Positions 54,316 to 63,576 of a stretch of 64,000 nucleotides of DNA are shown here, one piece after another (position 1 is the stretch's first letter; each line of letters begins with the position of its first letter). Made by a program: the position numbers and the translations under genes. Below the pieces are notes generated by a model. That model was not told the origin of the DNA and ran no database searches. It was given only the letters and a program-made list of their open reading frames with translations. This DNA is from Eubacteriales bacterium (GTDB taxonomy: Bacteria; Bacillota; Clostridia; Oscillospirales; CAG-272), in the NCBI GenBank assembly GCA_045644325.1, contig JAZRGT010000099.1, forward strand, positions 11,152 to 75,151, read 5' to 3'.

Positions 54316-54948
54316 TTATTTGCAGAATTCGACAGCCGCGTCTGCTGCGCTTGCAGCGTCAACGGTATAGATGTCGGCGCCGATCTTCTTGCAGTACTCA
54401 TCGCTTACGGGAGCACCGCCGATCATGATCTTGACCTTATCGCGGATACCTGCCTCCTCAGCCTTCTTCACGACCTCTTCCATAACGCTCATAGTTGTGG
54501 TGAGAAGCGCGGAACAGCAGATGACCTGACAGTTCTGCTCGATAGCGGTCTGAACGAAGGTTTCGGGAGAAACGTCGGTGCCGAGGTCAACTACCTCAAG
54601 GCCCTTGCCCTCCATCATCATCTTAACGAGGTTCTTGCCGATATCGTGAAGATCGCCCTGAACGGTGCCGATGCAGACCTTACCCGTTGCCTTGACGCCC
54701 TCTGCGGCAAGAAGGGGCTTGATGATCTGAACGCCCATATTCATCGCGCGTGCAGCAACGAGAACCTCAGGAACGTAGATCTCATTATTCTTGAACTTTT
54801 CGCCTACGATATTCATACCTGCAAGCAGACCTTCGTTAAGAATCTGCTCGGGATTGATTCCCTGCTCTACTGCCTGAGTGACAAGCTCCTTGACGATTTT
54901 TGCTTTACCCTTTTGAAGATTTTCGCAAATTTCAACTAAAATGCTCAT
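54316..54948 (-). CDS. Corrinoid (B12-binding) protein, MtaC/MtbC-like
   Basis: B12-binding DxHxxG motif (GDLHDIGKN), N-terminal helical cap, Rossmann-like MIGGAP end; 210 aa. Confidence 0.9.
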   Translation of the reverse strand: MSILVEICENLQKGKAKIVKELVTQAVEQGINPEQILNEGLLAGMNIVGEKFKNNEIYVPEVLVAARAMNMGVQIIKPLLAAEGVKATGKVCIGTVQGDLHDIGKNLVKMMMEGKGLEVVDLGTDVSPETFVQTAIEQNCQVICCSALLTTTMSVMEEVVKKAEEAGIRDKVKIMIGGAPVSDEYCKKIGADIYTVDAASAADAAVEFCK

Positions 54949-54998
54949 TGTTTTTTCCTCCGTATTATATACGTTATTTTAATAATAAAGTTAGTATT

Positions 54999-55027
54999 AT
55001 TGTACCATATTTTGTTGACATTGTAAA
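54999..55027 (-). promoter_or_regulatory. Sigma-A promoter of the corrinoid methyltransferase operon
   Basis: Minus strand reads TTTACA, 17-nt spacer, TGgTACAAT. Confidence 0.65.
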
Positions 55028-55099
55028 GCGTTTTTTACAAGTTTTTTATTAAATTTCGAAATAATATTCGGGCGTACGCTTATATAATTTAATTTCCTC

Positions 55100-55128
55100 T
55101 TGAAATCTGTAACGATTGATGATATAAT
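55100..55128 (+). promoter_or_regulatory. Consensus sigma-A promoter of the divergent FAD-reductase gene
   Basis: TTGAAA, 17-nt spacer, TATAAT. It overlaps the track ORF start, so the true start is 55163. Confidence 0.7.
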
Positions 55129-55162
55129 ATTTTATATTACAACCGAAAGAGCTGTCAAGGAA

Positions 55163-56218
55163 ATGAATAAGCATTACGATATCGCCGTCATAGGCGGCGG
55201 ACCGGCGGGCGCAACCTTTGCCCGCGAGATAACTAAAATACGTCCCGACCTGAATATCGTTCTGATAGACGAAAAGCCTCGAACGGGTTCAAAGGTCTGC
55301 GGAGGTCTTCTCGCGCCCGATGCACAAAAGGTACTTGCGCAATTCGATCTTGATCTGCCGAAGAGCATTCTTGCCGATCCGCAGATTTTTGACGTCAAAA
55401 CGATCGACCTTGCCTCCGGCATCACGCGCAATTATCAGCGACATTATCTGAATATGGACCGCGCATCCTTTGACGAATGGCTGCTCTCGCTCATCCCTGA
55501 CAGCGTAACCGTCATTCGCGGAAGATGTACCGAAATTGAGGAAGGATTCAAGTTTTCCGTTATCGCGGACAATGAAAAGATCACTCTTACCGCAGACAGC
55601 ATAGTCGGTGCAGATGGCGGTGCCTCGATCGTGCGGCGCAAATTCTTCAAAATCTGCAAAAAGCAATACATTTCGATTCAGGAGCATTTCAAGGATAACG
55701 GCGGCGATATGCCGAGCTACTCCTGCATCTACGATCCCGAAACCTCTGACAGCTGTTCGTGGACTATTAGGAAGGACGGATACGTCATCTTCGGCGGTGC
55801 ATTTGACATCAAGGGCGGGCGCGAAGCGTATTTCAAGCAAAAGGCGAGACTTGAGGAGCATCTCGGACGCTCCTTTGGAGAGGCTACGAAGATTGAGGCT
55901 TGCCTCTTGACCAGTCCGCGTGTTGCGGGTGATTTTATGCTCGGAAAACACCGCGTGTTTCTGATTGGAGAAGCCGCGGGATTCATCAGCTCCAGCTCCT
56001 TCGAGGGAATCAGCAGCGCATTTCTCAGCGGCAAGTATCTCGCAGATTCGTTTGCGTCTGAGAGCGAGCCTGATAAAATACTCAAAAGCTATAAGAAAAA
56101 GACCGCAAAACTGCGTCTCAAACTCTTCCTGAAAATTCCTAAAATGAAGATCCTCTGCTCTCCTCTGCTTCGTAAAATCATTATGAAAAGCGGGATCGCA
56201 AGCATCAAAAAATATTAA
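55163..56218 (+). CDS. FAD-dependent oxidoreductase (geranylgeranyl-reductase-like family)
   Basis: YDIAVIGGGPAGATFA dinucleotide-binding motif, VGADGGAS, GEAAGFISS motifs. Confidence 0.8.
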   Translation: MNKHYDIAVIGGGPAGATFAREITKIRPDLNIVLIDEKPRTGSKVCGGLLAPDAQKVLAQFDLDLPKSILADPQIFDVKTIDLASGITRNYQRHYLNMDRASFDEWLLSLIPDSVTVIRGRCTEIEEGFKFSVIADNEKITLTADSIVGADGGASIVRRKFFKICKKQYISIQEHFKDNGGDMPSYSCIYDPETSDSCSWTIRKDGYVIFGGAFDIKGGREAYFKQKARLEEHLGRSFGEATKIEACLLTSPRVAGDFMLGKHRVFLIGEAAGFISSSSFEGISSAFLSGKYLADSFASESEPDKILKSYKKKTAKLRLKLFLKIPKMKILCSPLLRKIIMKSGIASIKKY

Positions 56219-56244
56219 AAAGAGCCGTCACTCAGACGGCTCTT
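56217..56244. terminator. Bidirectional terminator
   Basis: Stem AAAGAGCCGTC/GACGGCTCTTT with a 5-nt loop. Confidence 0.85.
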
Positions 56245-56249
56245 TCATT

Positions 56250-56984
56250 TTACAGAACATCCTTTGCTATTGTTTCATCAAGCTTTGTCTCGCAGGAGTG
56301 GAGAAATTTTGTCCACGCCTCGGGATTGATGAAGCGGTTTTCGCCCGTTTCGCGGAGAATGATGGAATTCTCGTATGTTTTGTTATTCCACGAATGGTTT
56401 CCGATAAAGACCTCGACCTTTTCGCAAAGAAGTCTGTGCACCGATTTGCGATAGTCCTCGCGGCAGCCTTCATAGTCAAATTTTCCTTGATGAAGTGTAT
56501 TCACTCCCGCTCCGCCAAACATTCCCACTCGGCAGATGCGTCCGTTTTCCTCAGATTCAAAGAAGATCGAGAGCGTGCCCTTGGTGTGTCCGGGAGTTTC
56601 AAGAAAGCTGACGGTTGTGTTTCCTAGTGTGAGTGTGTCACCCTCGGAAATAAGGATATCTGCATTGAAAAATCTCTTTGCCTTTTCGTAATCCTCTCGG
56701 CCGATAAGTGTTTTTGCGCCGGAAAGATCTACCATTTTGCTTGTTGATTGGGTGTGATCGTGATGCCAATGAGAATTGATAATGTACTTAACGTCGGAGG
56801 GCGAAAAGCCAAAGGCATCAAGTCCATTTAAGATCGCATCAAAATTCTTACTGCCCGTGTCGATCATAATGAGTCCCTCTCCCGTGTCAATGATATGCGA
56901 GGACTCGGCGTAAGTGCCGATGAAGTATATGTTGCCGAACAGTCTGAAGGGTTCGATTATTTTATCTTTCTTTTCGTCGCTCAT
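56250..56984 (-). CDS. MBL-fold metallo-hydrolase
   Basis: HWHHDH motif, TPGHTKG, GNHS motifs. Confidence 0.85.
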   Translation of the reverse strand: MSDEKKDKIIEPFRLFGNIYFIGTYAESSHIIDTGEGLIMIDTGSKNFDAILNGLDAFGFSPSDVKYIINSHWHHDHTQSTSKMVDLSGAKTLIGREDYEKAKRFFNADILISEGDTLTLGNTTVSFLETPGHTKGTLSIFFESEENGRICRVGMFGGAGVNTLHQGKFDYEGCREDYRKSVHRLLCEKVEVFIGNHSWNNKTYENSIILRETGENRFINPEAWTKFLHSCETKLDETIAKDVL

Positions 56985-56994
56985 TTCTTTCTCC

Positions 56995-57354
56995 TTAATT
57001 CAAAATCAATCTGTATAAATCTACGCCGGTCTTTGCTATTGCCTTTACAGCACCCAACAGAGCTGTAGGCATAGCATTTCCAAAATCTATGTGAATACGT
57101 ACCGTAAAAACATTTATCTGTTCGGGCGGATCGCCCCACATTGAGGAAATATAATGTATCGGCTTAAAGTGCCATCTGTTGTATTTCAGGAAGAACTTTT
57201 CGAGTGCTTCGGTTATTTTATCGACATCTTCCTGCTTTATTCTCTCTTTAAAGACAATGTCAAAGAGCACGTCGGGATATACTTCAAGCTCAACGTCTAT
57301 AGGAAAATCGGCACAGCCTTTGATCGCATCTATCAGCAGATCTCCATAATCCAT
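56995..57354 (-). CDS. Hypothetical cytoplasmic protein
   Basis: 119-aa ORF with a TAATG overlap to the upstream gene; no motif recognised. Confidence 0.45.
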   Translation of the reverse strand: MDYGDLLIDAIKGCADFPIDVELEVYPDVLFDIVFKERIKQEDVDKITEALEKFFLKYNRWHFKPIHYISSMWGDPPEQINVFTVRIHIDFGNAMPTALLGAVKAIAKTGVDLYRLILN

Positions 57355-57884
57355 TATGCTTTTTTCTCCTTTTTCATCTTAATAAAGATGACAATTCCAA
57401 TGATGGATGCCACGATCGCGACGCTCTCATTGATGATTCCGCCTATTGTGGGGTTGGGGATGCAGAAATTGTAGATAAGTATCATCGATGAGGTGCAGAT
57501 AACGCTCTTGCGGAGGAGCTGTGCGTCACCGAAGGACATAAAGATCGTGTTTGCTGCAAGCGCAAAGATAACAAGGAGTGAGATCGGTCCTTCCCAGGAA
57601 AGGAAGCCGAGGCCGCCCATAACAGCCGCAAGTACGCAAGCGGAGATGAGATTGAACTTTGATTTCGAATCCTGGAAGAAAAATGCAATGTTTCGGATTA
57701 TGCATACGATATTGAGCGCAAATCCCGATTTTGCTCCGAGCAAAAGATAAGAAAGGCAGGTTGCAAGAGTTGCGCCGGTCTGGAGTATCAGCAGCTTTTT
57801 CTTTGAATTTACCTGATAAGATACGAACGTAATTATCGGTGCAATAATTCCGAGAATCTGTCCGATTATGATTTGAGTTTCCAT
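57354..57884 (-). CDS. YgjV-like inner membrane protein
   Basis: IGQILGIIAPIITFVSYQ...LLGAKSGFALNIVCIIRN resembles the YgjV family. Start set at the ATG at 57884 (GGTGGA RBS). Confidence 0.6.
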   Translation of the reverse strand: METQIIIGQILGIIAPIITFVSYQVNSKKKLLILQTGATLATCLSYLLLGAKSGFALNIVCIIRNIAFFFQDSKSKFNLISACVLAAVMGGLGFLSWEGPISLLVIFALAANTIFMSFGDAQLLRKSVICTSSMILIYNFCIPNPTIGGIINESVAIVASIIGIVIFIKMKKEKKA

Positions 57885-57963
57885 TATTTCCACCATATTA
57901 TTTAAAGTAACAGACGTAGACGTCTGCTTAAATATTATACAATATTTACCCATCGTTGTCAAG

Positions 57964-58008
57964 TAAAAAAACACAAAAGCGCACCGATCGGCTGGATCGG
58001 CGCGCTTT
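57964..58008 (-). terminator. Terminator of the type IV pilus operon
   Basis: 14-bp stem (one mismatch) AAAGCGCACCGATC/GATCGGCGCGCTTT followed by TTTTTTT on the minus strand. Confidence 0.85.
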
Positions 58009-58022
58009 ATGTATAGGATCAA

Positions 58023-59711
58023 TTACTCGACGTTCAGTGTCATAAGCTCCTGAATACTTGTAACGCCCTTGATAACGAGTGAGTGGCAGGAATTCCAAAG
58101 AGTTACCATACCGTTTTCTCTTGCGGCTTCACGAAGGATCTCGAGGTTCTTCTCCTTTGAAACGATGTTACGCATATTTTCATTCATATACATCATTTCG
58201 TGAATAGCAATTCTGCCCTTATATCCGGTGCCGTTACAGAACTGACAGCCCTGAGGACGGTAGATGCTGACAGGCTCATCAAGACCGAGGATCTCCATTT
58301 CCTTGGCGTTTGTCTTACCCTTCTTCTTACAAGCGGGGCAAAGACGCTTTACAAGTCGCTGAGCGATAACGCCGACAAGCGCGTCTGCAACAAGGTAATC
58401 GGCAATACCCATATTTTCAAGACGCAGGATCGCTCCGGGCGCGTCGTTAGTATGGAGGGTACTGAATACCAAGTGTCCGGTAATTGCCGCTCTTACCGCT
58501 ATATCCGCGGTCTCCTCGTCACGCATCTCACCGATCATTATGATATCAGGGTCCTGACGGAGGATCGCACGGAGTGCGTTGGAGAAGGTCATATTCGCCT
58601 TTGCATTAACCTGAGTCTGGTTGATACCCGGCATAATATACTCGACGGGATCCTCAACAGTGACAATGTTAACATCGGGCTTATTTACTTCCTTAAGGAA
58701 GGAGTAAAGAGTCGTGGACTTACCACATCCTGTAGGACCGGTCAGAAGAATAATTCCGTGAGGCTTGGTAAGCATCTTATCAAGAAGCACGTTTTCGCTC
58801 TCGGTAAATCCAAGGTCGTCTCTGGTGAAACGGAAGGAGGTCTTATCAAGAACTCTTATTACGAACTTCTCGCCGAAAACGGTGGGAAGCGAGGATACAC
58901 GGAAGTCAAATTCCTTTCCGCCGATGATCATATTGATACGGCCGTCCTGAGGAACACGTCTTTCTGCAATATTCATGCTTGACATGATCTTGAGACGTGC
59001 GCAGATCGCTGCGTAAGAATTGATCGGGAATTCCGCTCTTTCCTGAAGGTCACCGTCTATACGGTAACGAACCTTAACGATCTTTTCGTAGGGCTCGATA
59101 TGAATATCACTCGCTCTGTAAGGAACTGCTTCCTTGATGATAGAGTCAACAAGTCGAACGGAAGCGTTGTTTACAACGTCACCTTCAATAAAATCAGCTT
59201 CGTCATCAGACTTCTTATCCGAGAATAGCACGCTGTCACCCTCGGTATTAAGATCATCAAGTGCGGCAGAGGTGGAAAGAACAGCAACGATCGAGTCAAT
59301 GTAACGGTCGATCTGTGCGGGAGGCACAAGAACGTAGTCAACCGGACAAACAACCTGTGAAGCGATAGCGGAAAGCGCCGAGCAATCGAGGGGCTTACCG
59401 GTAGCAACAAGAAGCTTTCCCTCGTAATTCATCAATACGGGAATGATCTTGTTACGCTTCATAAACTCAAACGAGAACATATCGAAGAGCGACTTATCGA
59501 TATCAAGCATATCGATCTCGACGTAAGGCATACAGTAGAAGTCGCCCAACGCAGGAAGCTCGCGAACGTCTGTTGCGTATTCCTTCGCAAGCATATAATC
59601 ACGGACCTTAACGTTTAATCTCTCGCAATCCTCGAGGATCTTGTCCGCCTGCTTCTTTTTGATTATTTTTTTATAGATATAAAATTGAAGTAATTCTCTG
59701 TTTATATTCAT
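58023..59711 (-). CDS. pilB: Type IV pilus assembly ATPase (GspE/PilB family)
   Basis: Walker A GPTGCGKSTT, Asp/His boxes, tetracysteine CPAC...CQFC, N-terminal T2SSE_N-like domain. Confidence 0.9.
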   Translation of the reverse strand: MNINRELLQFYIYKKIIKKKQADKILEDCERLNVKVRDYMLAKEYATDVRELPALGDFYCMPYVEIDMLDIDKSLFDMFSFEFMKRNKIIPVLMNYEGKLLVATGKPLDCSALSAIASQVVCPVDYVLVPPAQIDRYIDSIVAVLSTSAALDDLNTEGDSVLFSDKKSDDEADFIEGDVVNNASVRLVDSIIKEAVPYRASDIHIEPYEKIVKVRYRIDGDLQERAEFPINSYAAICARLKIMSSMNIAERRVPQDGRINMIIGGKEFDFRVSSLPTVFGEKFVIRVLDKTSFRFTRDDLGFTESENVLLDKMLTKPHGIILLTGPTGCGKSTTLYSFLKEVNKPDVNIVTVEDPVEYIMPGINQTQVNAKANMTFSNALRAILRQDPDIIMIGEMRDEETADIAVRAAITGHLVFSTLHTNDAPGAILRLENMGIADYLVADALVGVIAQRLVKRLCPACKKKGKTNAKEMEILGLDEPVSIYRPQGCQFCNGTGYKGRIAIHEMMYMNENMRNIVSKEKNLEILREAARENGMVTLWNSCHSLVIKGVTSIQELMTLNVE

Positions 59712-59726
59712 TGATCAGCACTCTCC

Positions 59727-60944
59727 TTAAATATTAAGTCCGTTCATGATCGAAAGCATCGGAGAGTATACTGCAAGGAACAAGGAACCGATAACCGCAC
59801 CCATTATTACAAGCATAATAGGCTCGATTTTGGTAGTGAGGTTGTTAAGAGATACCTCTACCTGCTCGTCAAAATATGCGCAGGATCTTCCGAGAACCTC
59901 CTCGAGAGTATTGGTGCTTTCTGCAATCATGATCATCTGAATCAGCATTTCAGGGAAAAGCTCGTACTTTCTGAATGCATTCGTCAAAGTAACGCCGCGA
60001 CGAACCTCTTCGGAAGCTTCCTTGAACTTTTCTTCAAGATAATGGTTGCCGAGAATTACAGAAGTAACATCAAGTGCAGTAGCAAGGTCCATACCACTGG
60101 AAAGAAGAATACTGAAGGATCTTGCAAAACGTGCGGTAATAAGCTCAGTAGTGATCTTACCGATAAGGGGCGCTTTGATCTTGAAAATATCAAAAGCGTT
60201 TTTGCCGCCCTTGGTCTGCAAAATAATGAAAATAATTCCAACGAACAGAATTACTCCGACAAGGAAGTATTTCCAATAAGCGACAAGGAAATCAGAGATC
60301 GCATAAACAACAGCCGTAAAGCCCGTGGGCTGAACGTCGAGGTCAACCAAAACGTCCTTGAACGTCGGGACGACAAACGCAAGCATCAGTATAACGATAC
60401 CAACTGTCATCATCATAAGGATAGAGGGATAAGTCAGTGCGCTCTTTGCTTTTCTTCTGATCGCAGAATCGGATTCGTAGTAGTTAGCAAGAGAAATAAA
60501 TACACTCTCAAGCTTACCACTCGCCTCACCGACGTGACACATCGAGATAAAGAAATCAGGGAAAACCTTATTATGCTTTTCAAGCGCATCTCCAAGCATA
60601 TCGCCCGCGCGAACGTCATCCGCGATAACCGACAATATTGATTTGAAATAAGCGGTAAAGGACTGAGATTTGAGGATGTCGAGACAGTCGAGGACCTGAA
60701 TTCCTGAGGAAAGCATAATCGCAAACTGTCTGCAGAAGCTTGTAAGCTCTACAAGAGCTACCTTACCGGTTCCGAGAGTCCAGAATGCGGAAGGAGTTCC
60801 TCCCTTGAATTCGGATGCCGAAACAAGATAAAGGTTTTGCTTGGCAAGCTGAACCGCGAGATCCTTTTCGTCCTCCGCGATAAACTTACCCTTGAATTTC
60901 TGTTTTTGCAGGTTAAGCGCTAAGTATTTATAAGTGGTTGGCAT
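59727..60944 (-). CDS. pilC: Type IV pilus platform protein (GspF/PilC family)
   Basis: 405 aa with two T2SSF repeats and three TM segments. Confidence 0.85.
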   Translation of the reverse strand: MPTTYKYLALNLQKQKFKGKFIAEDEKDLAVQLAKQNLYLVSASEFKGGTPSAFWTLGTGKVALVELTSFCRQFAIMLSSGIQVLDCLDILKSQSFTAYFKSILSVIADDVRAGDMLGDALEKHNKVFPDFFISMCHVGEASGKLESVFISLANYYESDSAIRRKAKSALTYPSILMMMTVGIVILMLAFVVPTFKDVLVDLDVQPTGFTAVVYAISDFLVAYWKYFLVGVILFVGIIFIILQTKGGKNAFDIFKIKAPLIGKITTELITARFARSFSILLSSGMDLATALDVTSVILGNHYLEEKFKEASEEVRRGVTLTNAFRKYELFPEMLIQMIMIAESTNTLEEVLGRSCAYFDEQVEVSLNNLTTKIEPIMLVIMGAVIGSLFLAVYSPMLSIMNGLNI

Positions 60945-60966
60945 TTTTATACCGCTCCTTTCTTAA

Positions 60967-61776
60967 TTAAGCCAAGATTAATGAAAGATACCAATTTATT
61001 ATGGCATCGCCGAAAAACATTGCGATCGCAAATCCGCTTGTCAAAAACGGTGCGAAGGGATATTCGATATTCGATCCGTCACCTGACTTGCGCTCTGCTA
61101 TCTTTGACAGTATTACGAGAACAATGCTTGCAGATACGGCTGCTATCATAACAGAGAGAAGCAGTCTCTCCCAACCAAGCAGAAGTCCGCAAACCGCAGT
61201 CAGCTTTATGTCGCCGCCGCCAAGTCCCTCTACACCGCGGAGCTTTTCAAATCCCCACGCGATAAGATAAAAGGTAACGAATCCTGCGACTCCGCCTATA
61301 ATATGTGAGTGCCAGCTGTAAACGGGATCAAAGAAGATCGCTACTATTCCAAGCACGCCAATCATTATGACGAATCTGTCGAACACGAGCTTGTGATCGA
61401 TATCTATGTAAAACACACAGATCATAAGCGACGAAGCAAATGCAGCCACGCATGCAAAAACTATGCTACGCTCCCAAAAAAGAGCAACTGAAAGCAGCCA
61501 CAGAAGCATATTTGCAAGCTCGACCGTTGCGTATCTCGGCGAGATACGTTCCTTACAGCCTCGGCATTTTCCGCCGAGCATAAGGTATGACAAAACGGGG
61601 ATATTATCGTACCACTTGAGCTGATACCCGCATTTCGGGCAATGAGATCCCGGGAATGCTACGCTCATACCGTTCGGTACACGGTAAATGACTACGTTAA
61701 GAAAGCTGCCGATACAAATTCCAAACAGTCCCGCAAAAACGTAGGCAACAACCAATTCGTAGACGTCCATCTGCAC
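60967..61776 (-). CDS. pilD: Prepilin peptidase (A24 family)
   Basis: GSFLNVVIYR, CPKCG...CRGC zinc motif, GGGDIKL catalytic Asp motif. Confidence 0.9.
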   Translation of the reverse strand: MQMDVYELVVAYVFAGLFGICIGSFLNVVIYRVPNGMSVAFPGSHCPKCGYQLKWYDNIPVLSYLMLGGKCRGCKERISPRYATVELANMLLWLLSVALFWERSIVFACVAAFASSLMICVFYIDIDHKLVFDRFVIMIGVLGIVAIFFDPVYSWHSHIIGGVAGFVTFYLIAWGFEKLRGVEGLGGGDIKLTAVCGLLLGWERLLLSVMIAAVSASIVLVILSKIAERKSGDGSNIEYPFAPFLTSGFAIAMFFGDAIINWYLSLILA

Positions 61777-61779
61777 ACC

Positions 61780-63048
61780 TCAGAATTTGGTGGACTTATG
61801 AATCGCCTTGGGGAAGAATCCGCCGTAGAACTCAAGGTTTGCAAGAACCTCTGCGGTTGCGTCGTTTGTGGCAAGCGCGCGGAACTCGATGCAGTTCTCT
61901 TCCTTTTCCTCGTTGACAGCGTCAATAGCGTAGGAAAGATGTGCGGGAATATTTACACAGACAAACTCGGGAGCTCCGAGGGTCAGTATCTTTTCATTAG
62001 AAATAAGGAGCGAAAGAGCCCACTTGACGAAAACTCTGAAATTCTCATTTACGATCTGCTCAGGCGTTTCGGGGATCGGTCTCTGCATAAACTTGGGGAG
62101 ACGTCGAGGAGTCTTTTTCGCCAGAACCTTTGGGGTTACGGGGCGGGAATCAGCGCTCGACTCGTAAGAAATCGGTGCATTGACGACATCCTGTTCCGCC
62201 TCTTCATCGGTAAACTCGGCGTCTTCCTCGGGTGTCGGCTCTGCCGCGGTCGGAGCCTCCTCGGTAACTTCCGCATCGGCATCCTCGTCGCTCGTTTCGG
62301 CAAGAACCGTCAGCTTCTTCGATTTTGCCTTCTCACGGGCATTGAGGACTGTCAGCTCTGCAAGCGTGTGATCGAAGAGCATATCCTCCTGGATGTATTT
62401 CTGACCGTCGAGGAACTCGAGACCGAAGGGGATGGTGTAAAAACCAACCGTTCTTCCGTTTACGACGAAAACGAAGCGCGAAAACGTATCCTTTATATCA
62501 AGGAACAAATAAGTCGCGTTCTTGAGCTTAGGATTGAGCGATGTAACGGCTCCGATGGTCGAGCTTGCGGCGTAAGTTGTCGTCTCGACGAGCATCTTGT
62601 TCTCTGCGCAGACAGAATAGATTCCGGTCAGGATCTTTTTCTGAATAGCGGCAACGCTGTAGGTCGTGTACTGCTTATTCTGTGCCGCGAGGTGACTCTG
62701 TATTTTCAGGTCAATGGAGTTGCGGTAGATCTCGCCGAGGGCAAGTCCGAGGGCGTTATCCGTTGCCGCCTTCTTACGCATCGTAGGCACGTTGACGGTA
62801 TCAACCGCGATGGCGTTGTCGGGCAGGATGAGCGAGATCTTTCTGATCGACTCGGAGGGAGTTTCGGCGACGAACTCGTTTATGATCTCCTTGAATCGGT
62901 TAAAGAAGTTCTCGTCAAGAGCATAGCCCGAATAATTCTTGACTCTATGCTCGATCTTCGACTGATCGTTGCCGAGCATCGAATAGTAATGAATCGCAGA
63001 TCGCTGTGTATCGACTGCGATGGTGGTGGTATAATTAAGTTTTCCCAT
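61780..63048 (-). CDS. PilM-like actin-fold pilus assembly protein with an acidic low-complexity insertion
   Basis: ISLILPDNAIAVDTVNVP and YLFLDIKDTFSRFVFVVNG resemble PilM strand motifs. Insertion of about 70 aa rich in D/E/T/A. Confidence 0.5.
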   Translation of the reverse strand: MGKLNYTTTIAVDTQRSAIHYYSMLGNDQSKIEHRVKNYSGYALDENFFNRFKEIINEFVAETPSESIRKISLILPDNAIAVDTVNVPTMRKKAATDNALGLALGEIYRNSIDLKIQSHLAAQNKQYTTYSVAAIQKKILTGIYSVCAENKMLVETTTYAASSTIGAVTSLNPKLKNATYLFLDIKDTFSRFVFVVNGRTVGFYTIPFGLEFLDGQKYIQEDMLFDHTLAELTVLNAREKAKSKKLTVLAETSDEDADAEVTEEAPTAAEPTPEEDAEFTDEEAEQDVVNAPISYESSADSRPVTPKVLAKKTPRRLPKFMQRPIPETPEQIVNENFRVFVKWALSLLISNEKILTLGAPEFVCVNIPAHLSYAIDAVNEEKEENCIEFRALATNDATAEVLANLEFYGGFFPKAIHKSTKF

Positions 63049-63073
63049 AATGTATATCCTTGATTAATTATTT

Positions 63074-63574
63074 TTAAGCGAATTTGTTGAGTTTGGTGAT
63101 GGTTTTTGTTAGTGTAGGATAATATGATTTATCTCCTGTTAATAGATCCTCCGACTCATTTGTTTCGACTTTATATTGAACCTCTAATGTAATTTTAGTA
63201 GAAGTATTTTCAATCGTAAAAATACACTTTAATTCGGTGCCCGATTCATTAAATTCGCATTTATCAACTGTAACGTTTTCCCTTAATTTGGTTTCGATTT
63301 CATTTTTTTTAAACACATACTTAGTAATACCATCGGTGGTTGTTTCATCAAGCCTTTGAGCCAAGACGTTTTCCGCCATTATTAAACACTGCTCAACCGA
63401 CTTTTCTTTATTAACATCCAAATCAAAAAATACTTTTTCAAGCTTAATCCTACTACGTGACGTAAGAGTCATAGTAGTAAGCAACGTGCAGAAACAGAAA
63501 ATTACGATCATAAAAATGATCGCCATTTCAAGGGCTGCACCTTTTTTATCTTTAAGAATTTTATTCAGTTTCAT
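63074..63574 (-). CDS. Hypothetical pilus-associated protein with N-terminal hydrophobic helix (pseudopilin/PilX/ComGG-like?)
   Basis: KKGAALEMAIIFMIV N-terminus is similar to a prepilin leader but has Glu at +4. The gene is AT-rich. Confidence 0.4.
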   Translation of the reverse strand: MKLNKILKDKKGAALEMAIIFMIVIFCFCTLLTTMTLTSRSRIKLEKVFFDLDVNKEKSVEQCLIMAENVLAQRLDETTTDGITKYVFKKNEIETKLRENVTVDKCEFNESGTELKCIFTIENTSTKITLEVQYKVETNESEDLLTGDKSYYPTLTKTITKLNKFA

Positions 63575-63576
63575 AG

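Noticed and set aside
54949-55162. Cobalamin riboswitch in front of the corrinoid methyltransferase operon
   Set aside because: The spacer is AT-rich and occupied by two divergent promoters. The leader is about 45 nt. No B12-box-like sequence is present.
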